NCBI GenBank assembly: GCA_030704615.1
Contig: CM060732.1
Span: 58,776,001-58,840,000, forward strand
Direction: 5' to 3'
Source of the DNA: Takakia lepidozioides
Taxonomy: Eukaryota; Plantae; Bryophyta
Length of the DNA: 64,000 nucleotides
In this document: one piece after another, positions 39,120-52,100 of the stretch
Numbering within the stretch: position 1 is the stretch's first letter
Layout: each line of letters begins with the position of its first letter
The notes under the pieces: model-generated
The model's database searches: none
What the model saw: only the letters and a program-made list of their open reading frames with translations
What the model was told of the DNA's origin: nothing
Made by a program: the position numbers and the translations under genes

Positions 39120-41165
39120 ATGTCATTCTGAACACTGCCCTGGTGGAAATATATGCCAAATGTGGGTGCATCGAGGATGCCAAGGGAGTGTTCAACACTA
39201 TGGCTAAATGAGATGTGGTGTCGTGGAGTGCGATGCTTGCAGGGTATGCACAGCAGGGGTGTGGGATAGAGGCTTTGGAGACCTATGAGCAAATGATGGG
39301 GGAAGGGTGAAGCCCGACCACATAACGTTTGTGTGTGTTTGCAGTGCGTGTGGGAGCCTGGCAGCCCTGGAAAAGGGCAAAGAGATCCATTGTGACATCA
39401 TCGAATTTGCAATTGTACCAGATGTCATCCTGAACATGACTGCTCTGGTGGACACGTGTATGCCAAATGTGGGAGCATTGAGGATGCGAAATGAGTGTTC
39501 AACACTATGGCTGAACGAGATTGTGCATTTGCAGTGCGTGTGCAAGTTTGGCAGCCCTGCAAAAGGGCAAAGAGGTGCATGGTTGCATCACCAAAGCTGG
39601 AATTGTAACAAATGCGATTCTGAACAATGCCCTCGTGGACATGTATGCCAAATATATGTGAGAGCATTGAGGATGCGGATGGAGTGTTCAACATATGGCT
39701 TAACAAGATGTGGTGTCATGGAGCGCGATGCTTGCAGGATGTGCACAGCAGTGGTGCGGGATGGAGCCTTTGGAGACCTATCATGACCAAATGATGGGGG
39801 AAGGGATGAAGCACGACCACAACACATTTGTGTGCGTTTGCAGTGCGTGTGCAAGCCTGGCAGCTCTGGGAAAGGGAAGAGGTCCATGGTTTCATTGTCA
39901 AAACTGGAATTGTACCTGATGTGATTCTGGACAATGGCCTCGTGGACATGCATGCCAAATGTGGGAGCATCAAGGGCAAGCCTGGCAGCTCTGGAAAAGG
40001 GAAGAGGTCCATGGTTTCATTGTCAAAACTGGAATTGTACCTGATGTGATTCTGGACAATGGCCTCGTGGACATGTATGCCAAATGTGGGAGCATCAAGG
40101 GCAAGCTTGGCAGCTCTTGAAAAGGTAAGAGGTCCATGGTTTCATTGTCAAAGCTGGAATTATACCTGATGTGATTCTGAACAATGCCCTCAAGGACATG
40201 TATGCCAAATGTGGGAGCATGAAGGGCAAGCCTGGCAGCTCTGGAAAATTGTCAAAGCTGGAATTGGACCTGATTGTGATTCTGGACAATGCCCTCGTGG
40301 ACATGTATGCCAAATGTGGGAGCATCAAGGGCAAGCCTGGCAGCTCTGGGAAAGGGAAGATCAGGTCCATGGTTTCATTGTCAAAGCTGGAATTATACCT
40401 GATGTGATTCTGAACAATGCCCTCAAGGACATGTATGCCAAATGTGGGAGCATGAAGGGCAAGCCTGGCAGCTCTGGAAAATTGTCAAAGCTGGAATTGG
40501 ACCTGATTGTGATTCTGGACAATGCCCTCGTGGACATGTATGCCAAATGTGGGAGCATCAAGGGCAAGCCTGGCAGCTCTGGGAAAGGGAAGATCAGGTC
40601 CATGGTTTCATTGTCAAAGCTGGAATTGTACCTGATGTGATTATGGACAATGGCCTCGTGGACATGTATGCCAAATGTGGGAGCATCAAGGGCAAGCCTG
40701 GCAGCTCTGGGAAAGGGAAGATCAGGTCCATGGTTTCATTGTCAAAGCTGGAATAGTACCTGATGTGATTATGGACAATGGCCTCGTGGACATGCATGCC
40801 AAATGTGGGAGCATCAAGGGCAAGCCTGGCAGCTCTGGAAAAGGGAAGAGGTCCATGGTTTCATTGTCAAAACTGGAATTGTACCTGATGTGATTCTGAA
40901 CAATGGCCTCGTGGACATGTATGCCAAATGTAGGAGCATCAAGGGCAAGCCTGGCAGCTCTGGGAAAAGGAAGATCAGGTCCATGGTTTCATTGTCAAAG
41001 CTGGAATTGTACCCGATGTGATTATGGACAATGGCCTCGTGGACATGTATGCCAAATGTGGGAGCATCAAGGGCAAGCCTGGCAGCTCTGGGAAAAGGAA
41101 GATCAGGTCCATGGTTTCATTGTCAAAGCTGGAATTGTACCCGATGTGATTCTGGACAATGCCCT
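39120..41165 (+). repeat. PPR (PLS-class) pseudogene fragments ending in a ~115-120 bp tandem array
   Basis: Motifs VILNTALVEIYAKCG, DVVSWSAMLAG and KPDHITFVCVCSAC. From ~39850 there are about eleven units of L-motif end plus S-motif start (..EVHGFIVKAGIVPDVILDNGLVDMYAKCGSI), including a near-exact 233-bp duplication (40171 and 40404). Confidence 0.9.
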
Positions 41166-41385
41166 TCTATGCCCTTTCTGTTCTGCCGATCTCCTTCTCA
41201 TTTTACTTGAGGTTGTCTATTTTGAGAGTTTTGATATTTAGATGAAAATTCATTTGGCATCAACTTAAAGGGATGGCCTGCACTGGTGGGCATTCAGATT
41301 CTAAATGAGCTGGCAAAGAAAAATTACAAGTCCCACAGCCCTCTACATGCAGACCCCATAACCCTAATAACCTTTTTGAACTTCT

Positions 41386-44109
41386 ATGTGTTATGTCGTC
41401 CAGGGGGTGGACGAGATGAAGAGGTTACAGGGCACTGCTGCTAAGTCTCCGATCAGTGTGTCTGGTCCAGTCATTGCCCAAATCATTCTTGATTCTTGCA
41501 TACTTGATACTCGGGAACGTAAGGAGATGGGAGTGTTTGAGGCAGAAACCGCTGCAATTGAAGAGCAGGGCTCTTCACATAGTGAGGGTGGACTGGCAGG
41601 GCAACACCAGTATAAGAGACAGAGGCGGGGTACGACTATAGTGGCGGATCCACTGGCTTCACGGAAACCGCACGATGATGTTTCCCAAGCTCTTGTGCAG
41701 GATGGGGCACAGCAGCACAGAAGGCTGTTATTATTGGAAGCACGGCCTTCGGAGAGGGAAGAGGAAGTCAATTCGATACCACAGCCACCACAGCCAATTG
41801 CCTCAGTTGTCTTAGAGGTTCCACAGTTAGAGTATGTTGTGACACAACCCCAAATTGCTTTGGACGGTGAAAGGTTGGACATTCCCACTACAGAGCAGGT
41901 CGTGGCCGAAATTGAGAAGACACTTAATTTGTTGGGCACTTATGTGAAATCCCATGTTCCATCTACCCAATTGACAGCTTTGAGGGAGGAACTCAGGAAG
42001 GAGTTTGAGGCTCGTATTGCCACTGAGTGTGCAAACAAGGTAGATGAGGAGGTCAATCTCAAGTTACAGCAAGAGTTGGAGGACACAAAGGCTGCTTTGC
42101 AGTTGGCTAAGGGACATTTGATTGAAGCAGGTCTCGAGCAGGACCAGTTGCATGAAGCACATAAGCAACAGTTATACCAAATGCAGGTGAAGCATGAGGG
42201 CAAGTTGCAAGAAGTGAATGTACTACATATAGAGTTGGAGACAGTACATGAGAAGATGACCATACAATGTGCTACACTCACAACTACTCTTGAGCAAACT
42301 GCATTAGAAATTAACAGACAAAGGGAGAGATGTATGAGGGCAGAAGCTGAGATAATAGAGCAAGCGAAACTCATTGTTGATATGAAGAAAACAATCTGTC
42401 GCAATGAGAATACTTTCAAACAATACAGACAGGTTGAGGCTGACCAGGAGAGGTACATCCAGGAGTTACAACAAACAGTCATGGTCAATAGAAATGAACT
42501 CTCTGTGGCTAACAAGGCTTGGAAAGAAGCCAATAATCTGGATGCTGCCTATGCGGGTCTGGTTGAACCTCATGCGAAGCGCATGGAGGCTTTACAGCAG
42601 TAGTTAGATGTGTACAGACTCACGGAGGAGCAGACTCTCAGGGGTGCCACACACGACTTGGTGGATAACCACCTTATGCAGGTTAGCACAAGGGCCGGTA
42701 GAAGGCAAAGCACCACGAAAGCTTACCCAGGGCGAGATGAATGAGCTCAGATTGCAGGTGCAAAACATTGCCACAACTATTATAGACAATGTCTATAGTA
42801 GGATAGCGGAGCTACAAGATGACGTGGAAGGTCTGCAGACTCAAGTGGATGACCTGAGTTCAAATATTAACAAGAGAGTCTTTGTTCCTGAGGAGCAGCT
42901 CATGGCTACTTATTTACATGCCAGATCTCTAATTTTTCAATCTTCTTCGCAGGGGTGGCAGGAGATACCGGTACAGGAGATGCCAGTGGTAGAAGGGCCA
43001 GTGGTACCAATACCACAGCCGGTGGCTGTGCAAGTAGCTGACCCTGTTGCTACTACAGCCACACCACAGTCTGAGCTATGGGGGGATGCTGCTTTTAACC
43101 CACCTAAGACTCCTGCTACATGGGAGTACAGTCGGGCTATGATTATGTTGGATTTGGCTTGGAAGGAATTTAGTCCTCCGCAGTCGTTGGCACATTACTA
43201 CCAGATCATGTGCATTTGGTTGCCAGTGGCAACTCGAACTAAGGTTCTTCCGAACAATCGACCCATTGAGGATCATTACTTTACGAGGTACTGGTCTGAA
43301 GCAGGTACCATGTTGAAGGAATTAATTGCCTTCCAAGTTGTACATGGGTACATTTATACCGAGACCAAGGAGGTATCAAGTATTGTCATGGGCTGTGGAT
43401 TATACTATGCTGCTTGTTTTCTGGCATGTTATCACATTGAGCAGCAGAGGATGCAATCCCGATTTCTGAGTTATTCCAGTGGGGATCATTGGGTTTTACC
43501 TTCAGTGCCACCTCATATGTACCTATATGATGCAAAAGGATTCCCAACTTCGTTCATGGTTTCATTCGGCTTGGAACAATTTGACAACACAGAAATTCGG
43601 CCCTGAGGATATTTTCTTTAAGGGACATGAGGCCTGGAAATACTTACACTGTTCCAAAGTTATTGGCACACCTCTTACCTATACAGATAAGGAGTTGAGG
43701 ACGTTCACTAATTTTGCTTGCAAGCGCTTACAACAAGTTGTACAATTTAAACTTCCAGACATGGTGGGACCACATTGTATGCCACACAGGATTCCACTTA
43801 AAGTTTGGCCGTTAAAACTCCTAAGGGGAGACGAGGATTCTGATACTACTGTTTCTTCAACGGACTCTTTTGACATGGCAGAGGACTATGCACTTCAGAT
43901 GGCAGAGAAGAAACGACGGGGATCTCCTATGCCTGAGAGGTTACCTCGTTATCAGCCAAAGGAGGGTTAGACATTTCCAGGTAGTACTCAATCATCTCCA
44001 TCAGCCAGTAACAGGACTCGGGCTCGCACACGGAGTCCTTCACGAGACTCTCACCGTCAGAAGGGTGCTCGCTCACAAAGGTTTGCTAATCCCAAACAGT
44101 AAACCGTGA
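41386..44109 (+). pseudogene. Long disrupted ORF inside an LTR retroelement (coiled-coil plus unknown domain; no gag/pol motif recognised)
   Basis: ORFs 41386-42603, 42608-43606 and 43479-43970 read as one decayed frame (TAG in a Gln run, then frameshifts near ~42690 and ~43600). The region ends directly before the polypurine tract. Confidence 0.6.
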
Positions 44110-44123
44110 GGACACGGCTTTTT

Positions 44124-44140
44124 GAGAGGGGGAGGGGTAA
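44124..44140 (+). other. Polypurine tract (PPT)
   Basis: GAGAGGGGGAGGGGTAA immediately before TGTTAG. Confidence 0.8.
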
Positions 44141-45299
44141 TGTTAGAGGGCTGCTTGGGACTTAGACGCTTTTACGGGTTCTGTGGGGTACCCTTAATTT
44201 TTGCGTAGACTGAGACCAACAGGAGCCTTAGGGGTGGCAGCAGCAGGCTTTAGGGGGGTTACACAGTCTGACACAACTTTACATAGTCCGCCACAACTTC
44301 GCACAGCTGTACACAGCCCGACACAGCTCCACACAGCTTCATACAGCCCGTCACAGTCAGACGCAGCCCAACACAGCTTCACACAGCCAGTCACAGCCCG
44401 CCACAGTTTCGCACAGCTTCACACAGCCCGTCACAGCCAGTCACAGCCGCCACAGCTTCGCACAGCCCGACACGGCCCGACACTGCCCGACACAGCTTCA
44501 CACAGCCAGTCACAGCCCGACACAGCTTTACACAGCCAGTCACACCTCGGCACAGCTTGACACAGCTTGTCACAGTACATGGGGAACAGTTATCATTGAC
44601 AGGGAACGACTGTGTGGGAACGACATCTGCAGGGGGAACGTGTTACTTCAGGGGTGACGGTTAGTTAGTTAGGTGGTTAGAACAGCTTGGGGGTAGATTA
44701 AGGAGAGCGGCAACAGGAAGGGAGCACTTCACGGGGAGCGTTTCTTGGTCATGCATGAGAGGAGATCAGGCAGAGAGCAAGAACGAGAGCACGGAGAAGG
44801 AGGAGAGATGAACAGTAGATGCTTGTACATGCAAAGCTGTAGTGATATTGTAGGGCAGATTAGAGTCACCATGACATTGGCCTGATATCTGATAAATCAT
44901 AATCTGATACTTATTCGATACAATCACACTGTGTAAAGAGACATGAGTGAAGCTGTGGAATGAATGCATGATTAATTGGAACTTAGTAGATACTGAAGCA
45001 ATTTGATGCTTCAGTATACACGGTAAGGTAAATTGATAACATGAAGGCAAGAAGGAATACAAATAGGAAGCACAACCATGATTCACTAGCTGCAGGTCAT
45101 GACTGATTGTTCTGAGCGGGCCGAGTGCTTAGAGATATCCAACTCTTCTATCTTGGAGTTTCCACCTCGGATAGCAAAGGGATGGGTGAGTAAAAGCCGC
45201 CCGACAGATCCATTCGAAGGTATTGGACGTAAGCCAGTCTTGAATTGGGGTTGTGAGAGGTGGCAGCGGGTTGAAAGCCTTATCTGGAGAGGACTAACA
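44141..45299 (+). mobile_element. 3' LTR (~1.16 kb) of a Gypsy-like element
   Basis: Begins TGTTAG after the PPT and ends CTAACA (6-bp inverted termini, TG...CA). No second LTR in the window. Confidence 0.7.
44260..44576. repeat. 10-bp-period minisatellite (CACAGCNNNN) within the LTR
   Basis: About 30 units such as CACAGCTTCA, CACAGCCCGA and CACAGCCAGT. Confidence 0.9.
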
Positions 45300-45843
45300 A
45301 CAGATTCTGATGGGGGTCAATGGGATAGGGTTGATTGTTTGAGGTGTGGTTGAGGAGAGGGAGAGGACCAGTGTATTGGTGTTGATGGAAAAGGCGAATA
45401 CTGTTAGCTACTGTGAGGTCACATATTTAACAAAGAGGATAGTCAGTTGACCTTGAAGGATAACTAGAGCCCAAGAGTTGTCCGCGGGTTGTGTAGGGCC
45501 TGCTTGAAGGATGGTCAGCCATTGGGGGTCAATGGAGCTGATTAGGTTCTGGTAACCGTGGGCTGCCCTGGTTTTTGCCAACTGACTCAGCAATAGATTC
45601 TATGGGTATGAGGGTATTGTTCTGCCAGACATTTTGGTTGATGCCCCGAGAATCCCAGCCTGACCAGCGCTTGGCTTGGTTACGCTGAGAAGGATTAGGG
45701 ATGTTTGTATTGAGAAAAAGATGTTGTCTGAGAACATCATAGAATGTTGAGGGTTGGGCTTTGACCAGGTGTTTGCGGAGCTTGCCCCAGGCTCACCATA
45801 CGTTGTTCCATAGTGCTGAACCAATTGGTTTAGGATTGAATCC

Positions 45844-46770
45844 ATGGCCGTCATGGAGGAGCATGGAATTTTGATTCATTTTCCAGGGAAAAATGTCAAC
45901 AGGGCCCATATTTGTGACTGGGATATCAGACACCTTGGAGGCCCGGGCGAAATCAAACAAAGATTCTGTCATGCCGAAGGCCGAGGATTTTACTCAATAG
46001 TCTTTGAATCCAAGGAAGTTGCCAACCGAGCTCTATCATTCAACCCTCACACAAAGGGATTCAACGTAAATATCTTTCCGTGGTCATCTAAAATGGGCTA
46101 TAGAAATGGGAAACTCTGGAACCCCAGAATCATTTCAGTTCCATACATTCCAGATCAGTATTTACAGAACTTACCGGACATAGCCAACCACTTTGGCTCG
46201 TACCTGGGCTGCCTGGCCGTGTTTGATCCCTAAATGTGCACATTGAACCTAAGACATGACCCCTCTTGGAGGTCTGTAATGATTGCATCCCGCCTCAATG
46301 AGACTGGATTTGCTAAGTTTGTGCTTATGATGCCCAATGAGGAAGCCTTACCGCAATATGTGAGGCTTCCAATAGATGAGGAAGACAACTACTTCACCAT
46401 TCAACTCATTGAAGACACTACCTATTCTGGTTGCGGGCAACTAGGCCACATCAAGCTTGATTGCCCATCATCTAAGCGGAAGAGATCTCCTCAAACACCC
46501 CCTGCCACAATGCACAATCAGGGTCAGAGTCATGGACTGCCACAAGCATCGACTTCCACCCTTGTGCAGGGGAACCGAGCCCCTCATCCACAACCAACAG
46601 TGGTATCTGGAGGTCAAACAATAGAGCCAGTGAATCTCTTGGACTCCCTACAACTCAGACCTAGACCACATTCCCCTCCAACTTGGACTCCACCCGAGAC
46701 CCAATGCAAGACGAGGTCAGAGTTCATCAGCAAAGAAAACCCTCTAGCAGCAAAGGCAATGAAAAGATGA
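45844..46770 (+). pseudogene. L1-type LINE ORF1 remnant (DUF4283/RRM-like plus zinc knuckle)
   Basis: GRGFYSIVFES...RAL...NIFPW (DUF4283-like) and a degenerate CCHC knuckle (Y)SGCGQLGHIKLDC; internal TAA at 46231-46233. Confidence 0.75.
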
Positions 46771-49144
46771 GAGAAGAATATTCAACAACACCTGCAATCT
46801 AGCTGACGAGCCCCTCTACCAAAGGTGGTCCGCAAATAACTACAGGTATCTCATGCGATTCTTCCTTTGCTAATCTCTGCCTCAACACATGCTGATTTCC
46901 AAATTTGGATCTGCTCGGATGCTCTGCCGCTTGGAGACATTTGCAGCTCCCAAGGCCACATGCATCACACCGCTGATTTTCAGAATAGGGAACCTCCCTG
47001 CAATCCTCACACATCCGACGATTTGGAATGTGTTGAATCACTATGGGTCAAGACCAAGGATGTCAAACAATTCATGAGGGCAAACCCGCCCAATCGCAGT
47101 CCGGAAATCCTGTTCAAATACAAGATTCAAGAATTTATCGAGGCCTTCCTGCCCCACTACTTCTTGACCCCTTCAACCAGAATTTCTTGGGGGCTTACCT
47201 AGAAGATCATCCTGGATTAAGCTGCAGGGCATCTATCCAGGTGCTGGCCTTAATGGAAGAAGCAGAGATATACAACACGCCTCCTCCTCTAGGGGCAATA
47301 TGGACCTACAATCAATGGCTCTCAGCACCCAGGGGATCCCACCCACTTCAGATCAGGAACCAAGACACCTTGGTTAATGGCTTCCAACTGTTATCGGCAT
47401 TCATGGAGCTGGAACTAGATGAAGAAAACCACAGGATGGAGGTACAAAGGACAAAGGACTACATCAACGAAGTCAGGGCGGTAGACACAAACACAGCTTC
47501 TTCGGCCTCCTCAGGGGCCAATGCGGTTTCCTCTCTAGACGACTTCAGTGCTGACAATGATCACCTGGCAGCAGCTGTTACCACCATGCACATCTCCCTT
47601 CCCCCCACCAGTAACACAAGCCCCGTCTCCCCACCATCAATCGTGATGCCACTTAGTCACATGACAACATTCATCTTCCACTTGCAGTCCGCCAGCCCAG
47701 CCCAACACCCCGCCAGGTTCTCTTCTCCCCCTCTCCATGTTTCTTCTTCCAAGTGCTTTCTAAAGACCCAGGCAGGTGTTGGATGTGGATTAGGGGTAAG
47801 TGCAGGGGGCGAGTTGGGGAACGGGGAAAAGCGGGAAGCGCTGAAGAGAGAGGGTCTCATAAATAAAGACGGCTCCATTACATCCATCCACTAGAAGAGA
47901 AACCGGCTTTTTCCACGGCTCTGCCATCTCACACCTGGCACATTCCACGGCTTTTATCACGGGTCTGTACACTGAGCCAAGGTGTGGGTCTAAATATGCC
48001 CTAACTGTGGGGTGTCTCACATGTGGTCCACACCCCAGGCAAGAACGGTGTGAAAACAGCCATGAGCGTGGCAGGGGTTGGCTTAGTTTACATGGCATGT
48101 TACACACCTGTGTGAAATGGGAACATACAATTATTTCCACTGATTGTGGTGTATAGAGAGTTTGAGAATGATGCCCTTGGAAAATGATTATGAACTTCAT
48201 GTTCATGTTTAGAAATCTGCACGATGGTACTAGCAAGTGAAGAATACACCCCATTTTCAATCTCTACATTATGAAGTCTATAATGCCCTTGGTGAAATGA
48301 GCATGGGGATCGCATTCAAAGGTGGCCCCGTTCCGTTGCAACCTATGACACAACTAGGACAAATAGGCATAGGCATGATTTACACTTTTTGCCACAAATC
48401 ACTTGCATCATCCTTACGTTGAACTCCTTGTTTATGTGACATGCTTGGACTTTGTCATCTCGCACATCAAAGAAAAAACTAGAATATTTCGAAAAAATCC
48501 TAAACTAAAAATCCTAACCTAAATTTACTAACAAGTGTTCAAACCAGCCCAATGGTAATATATTTTATTACCATTATCAAATGTTTGTCTACGTGGTGTT
48601 TTAGTTTTCTAGACAAGTCTGATAGCAAGACTTTAGCCTCTGACCTAGAATGAATCAAAGTGCAAAAGGTTAAAAAGTCAAAAAGTTGCTAATAAGGTTG
48701 CCCACTAGGGTAATCGTGAACACAGAGGAGGGCTGGGACTTGGCGTTTTTTTTTTGTTCCCTACGCCACACCATGTAGCCGAGGGATGGAATGCGATGAT
48801 CGCAGGATATACAGGGGCGTGGGATGGAGGCGTTGAGCAAATGATGCAGGAAGGAGGAGAGGAGGAGGAGATGAGACGAGGAGAAGCTCGCAACATTCTT
48901 GCGAGCTTGCCGTTCTTCGGAGAGTTAGCTTGGTCATAGCAGGCCGTGTTTCAATCTCTGCCTACTCAGCTACATCGTGGTGGTTCGATCTCACAGACCA
49001 ATCCGACATTACCTGACTACAGACACAAGCAGCACACACAAGAGGTCCTTTTGGGTTGATGGTCGGTCAAGTCATGACACAACCTCAAGGACAATGTGGT
49101 GAGGGCATCTTATTTTTTGACCTATTTCAACCTGTTTTGCCCTC

Positions 49145-52100
49145 TCACATCATGTTTGTGTGCATTGCAATGCTTGTGCAAGCCTGGCAACCCTTGAGAA
49201 GGGCAAAGAGGTGCATGGGGATATCATCAAAGCTGGAATTGTACCTAATGTCATTCTAAACACTGCCCTGGCAGCTCTGGGAAAGGGAAGGAGGTCCGTG
49301 GTGACATCTTCAGAGCTGGAATTGTACCAAATGTCATTCTGAACAATACCCCAGTGGACATGTATGCAAAATGTGGGTGCATCGGGGATGCAAAGGGAGT
49401 GTTCAACACTATGGCTGAATGAGATGTGGTGTCGTGGAGTGCGATGCTTGCAGGGTATGCACAGCAGGGACATGGGATGGAGGCTTTGGAGACCTATGAG
49501 CAAATGATGGGGGAAGGGGTCCAGCCCAGGCACATTATGTTTGTATGCATTGCAGGCCTGGCAGCCCTGGAGAAGGGCAAAGAGGTGCATGGGAATAGCA
49601 TCAAAGCTGGAATTGTACCTAATGTCATTCCATACACTGCCCTGGCAGTTCCATGGTGACACCTTCAGAGCTGGAATTGTACCAAATGTCATTTTGAACA
49701 ATACCCTGGTGGACATGTATGCAAAATGTGGGTGCATCGAGGATGCAAAGGGAGTGTTCAACACTATGGCTGAACGAGATATGGTGTCGTGGAGTGCGAT
49801 GCTTGCAGGGTATGCAAAGCAGGGACATGGGATGGAGGCTTTGGAGACCTATGAGCAACTGATGGGGGAAGGGGTCCAGCCCGGCCACATCATGTTTGTA
49901 TGCATTGTAGGCCTGGCAGCCCTGGAGATGGGCAAAGAGGTGCATGGGGATATCATCAAAGCTGGAATTGTACTGCCCTGGCAGCTCTGGAAAAAGGGAA
50001 GGAGGTCCATGGTGACACCTTCAGTGCTAGAATTGTACCAAATGTCATTTTGAACAATACCCTAGTGGATATGTAGGCAAAATGTGGGTGCATCGGGGAT
50101 GCAAAGGGAATGTTCAACACTATGGCTGAACGAGATGTGGTGTGGTGGAGTGCGATGCTTGCAGGGTATGCACATCAGGGACGTGGGATGGAGGCTTTGG
50201 AGACCTATGAGCAAATGATGGGGGAAGGGGTCCAGCCCAGCCACATCATGTTTGTATGCATTGTAGGCCTGGCAGCCCTGGAGAAGGGTAAAGAGGTGCA
50301 TGGGGATATCATCAAAGCTGGAATTGTACCTAATGTCATTCCATACACTGCCCTGGCAGCTCTGGAAAAGGGGAAGGAGGTCCGTGGTGACATCTTCAGA
50401 GCTGGAATTGTACCAAATGTCATTTTGAACAATACCCTAGTGGACATGTATGCAAAATGTGGGTGCATCGGGGATGCAAAGGGAGTGTTCAACACTATGG
50501 CTAAACGAGATGTGGTGTCTCAGAGTGCGATGCTTGCAGGGTATGCACAGCAGGGACGTGGGATGGAGGCTTTGGAGACCTATGAGCAAATGATGGGGGA
50601 AGGGGTCCAGCCCGGCCACATTATGTTTGTATGCATTGCGGGCCTGGCAGCCCTGGAGAAGGGCAAAGAGGTGCATGGGGATATCATCAAAGCTGGAATT
50701 GTACCTAATGTCATTCCATACACTTCCCTGGCAGTTCCATGGTGACACCTTCAGAGCTGGAATTGTACCAAATGTCATTTTGAAAAATACCCTGGTGGAC
50801 ATGTATGCAAAAATGTGGATGCATCGAGGATACAAAAAGGAGTGTTCAACACTATGGCTGAACGAGATGTGGTGTCGTGGAGTGCGATGCTTGCAGGGTA
50901 TGCACATCAAGGACGTGGGATGGAGGCTTTGGAGACCTATGAGCAAATGATGGGGAAGGGGTCCAGCCTAGCCACATCATGTTTGTATGCATTGTAGGGC
51001 TGGCAGCCCTGGAGAAGGGTAAAGAGGTGCATGGGGATATCATCAAAGCTGGAATTGTACCTAATGTCATTCCATACACTGCCCTGGCAACTCTAGAAAG
51101 GGGGAAGGAGGTCCGTGGTGACATCTTCAGAGCCGGAATTGTACCAAATGTTATTTTGAACAATACCCTAGTGGACATGTAGGCAAAATGTGGGTGCATC
51201 GGGGATGCAAAGGGAGTGTTCAACACTATGGCTAAACGAGATGTGGTGTCGTGGAGTGCGATGCTTGCAGGGTATGCACAGCAGGGACGTGGGATGGAGG
51301 CTTTGGAGACCTATGAGCAAATGATGGGGGAGGGGTCCAGCCCGGCCACATCATGTTTGTATGCATTGCAGGCCTGGCAGCCCTGGAGAAGGGCAAAGAG
51401 GTGCATGGGGATATCATCAAAGCTGGAATTGTACCTAATGTCATTCCATACACTGCCCTGGCAGTTCCATGGTGACACCTTTAGAGCTGGAATTGTACCA
51501 AATGTCATTTTGAACAATACCCTGGTGGACATGTATGCAAAATGTGGGTGCATCGAGGATGCAAAAGGAGTGTTCAACACTATGGCTGAACGAGATGTGG
51601 TGTCGTGGAATGCGATGCTTGCAGGGTATGCAAAGCAGGGACATGGGATGGAGGCTTTGGAGACCTATGAGCAACTGATGGGGGAAGGGGTCCAGCCCGG
51701 CCACATCATGTTTGTATGCATTGCAGGCCTGGCAGCCCTGAAGAAGGGCAAAGAGGTGCATGGGGATATCATCAAAGCTGGAATTGTACTGCCCTGGCAG
51801 CTCTGGAAAAAGGGAAGGAGGTCCATGGTGACACCTTCAGTGCTGGAATTGTACCAAATGTCATTTTGAACAATACCCTAGTGGACATGTATGCAAAATG
51901 TGGGTGCATCGGGGATGCAAAGGGAGTGTTCAACACTATGGCTGAATGAGATGTGGTGTCGTGGAGTGCGATGCTTGTAGGGTATGCACAGCAGGGAGGT
52001 GGGATGGAGGCTTTGGAGACCTATGAGCAAATGATGGGGGAAGGGGTCCAGCCCAGCCACATTATGTTTGTATGCATTGCAGGCCTGACAGCCCTGGAGA

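Larger units (their letters stand above)
33603..41165. mobile_element. CACTA (En/Spm) element 1: left end intact, right end lost; carries captured gene fragments
   Basis: Starts CACTACTAGAGAAACCGG, with TCACAC/GTGTGA subterminal repeats. Contains TnpA-like and transposase remnants, a TTL-like fragment and PPR fragments. No matching right TIR; it ends abruptly at ~41165. Confidence 0.8.

Noticed and set aside
41391-42533. 182-aa and 197-aa minus-strand ORFs
   Set aside because: Antisense shadows of the plus-strand coiled-coil ORF.
42601-42603. Programmed stop-codon readthrough in the LTR-element ORF
   Set aside because: The TAG follows CAG CAG and is most simply a C>T decay; nearby frameshifts show the ORF is degenerate.
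44194-44573. ORFs rich in HS/TA/QP or CV/GL repeats
   Set aside because: Translations of the 10-bp LTR minisatellite.
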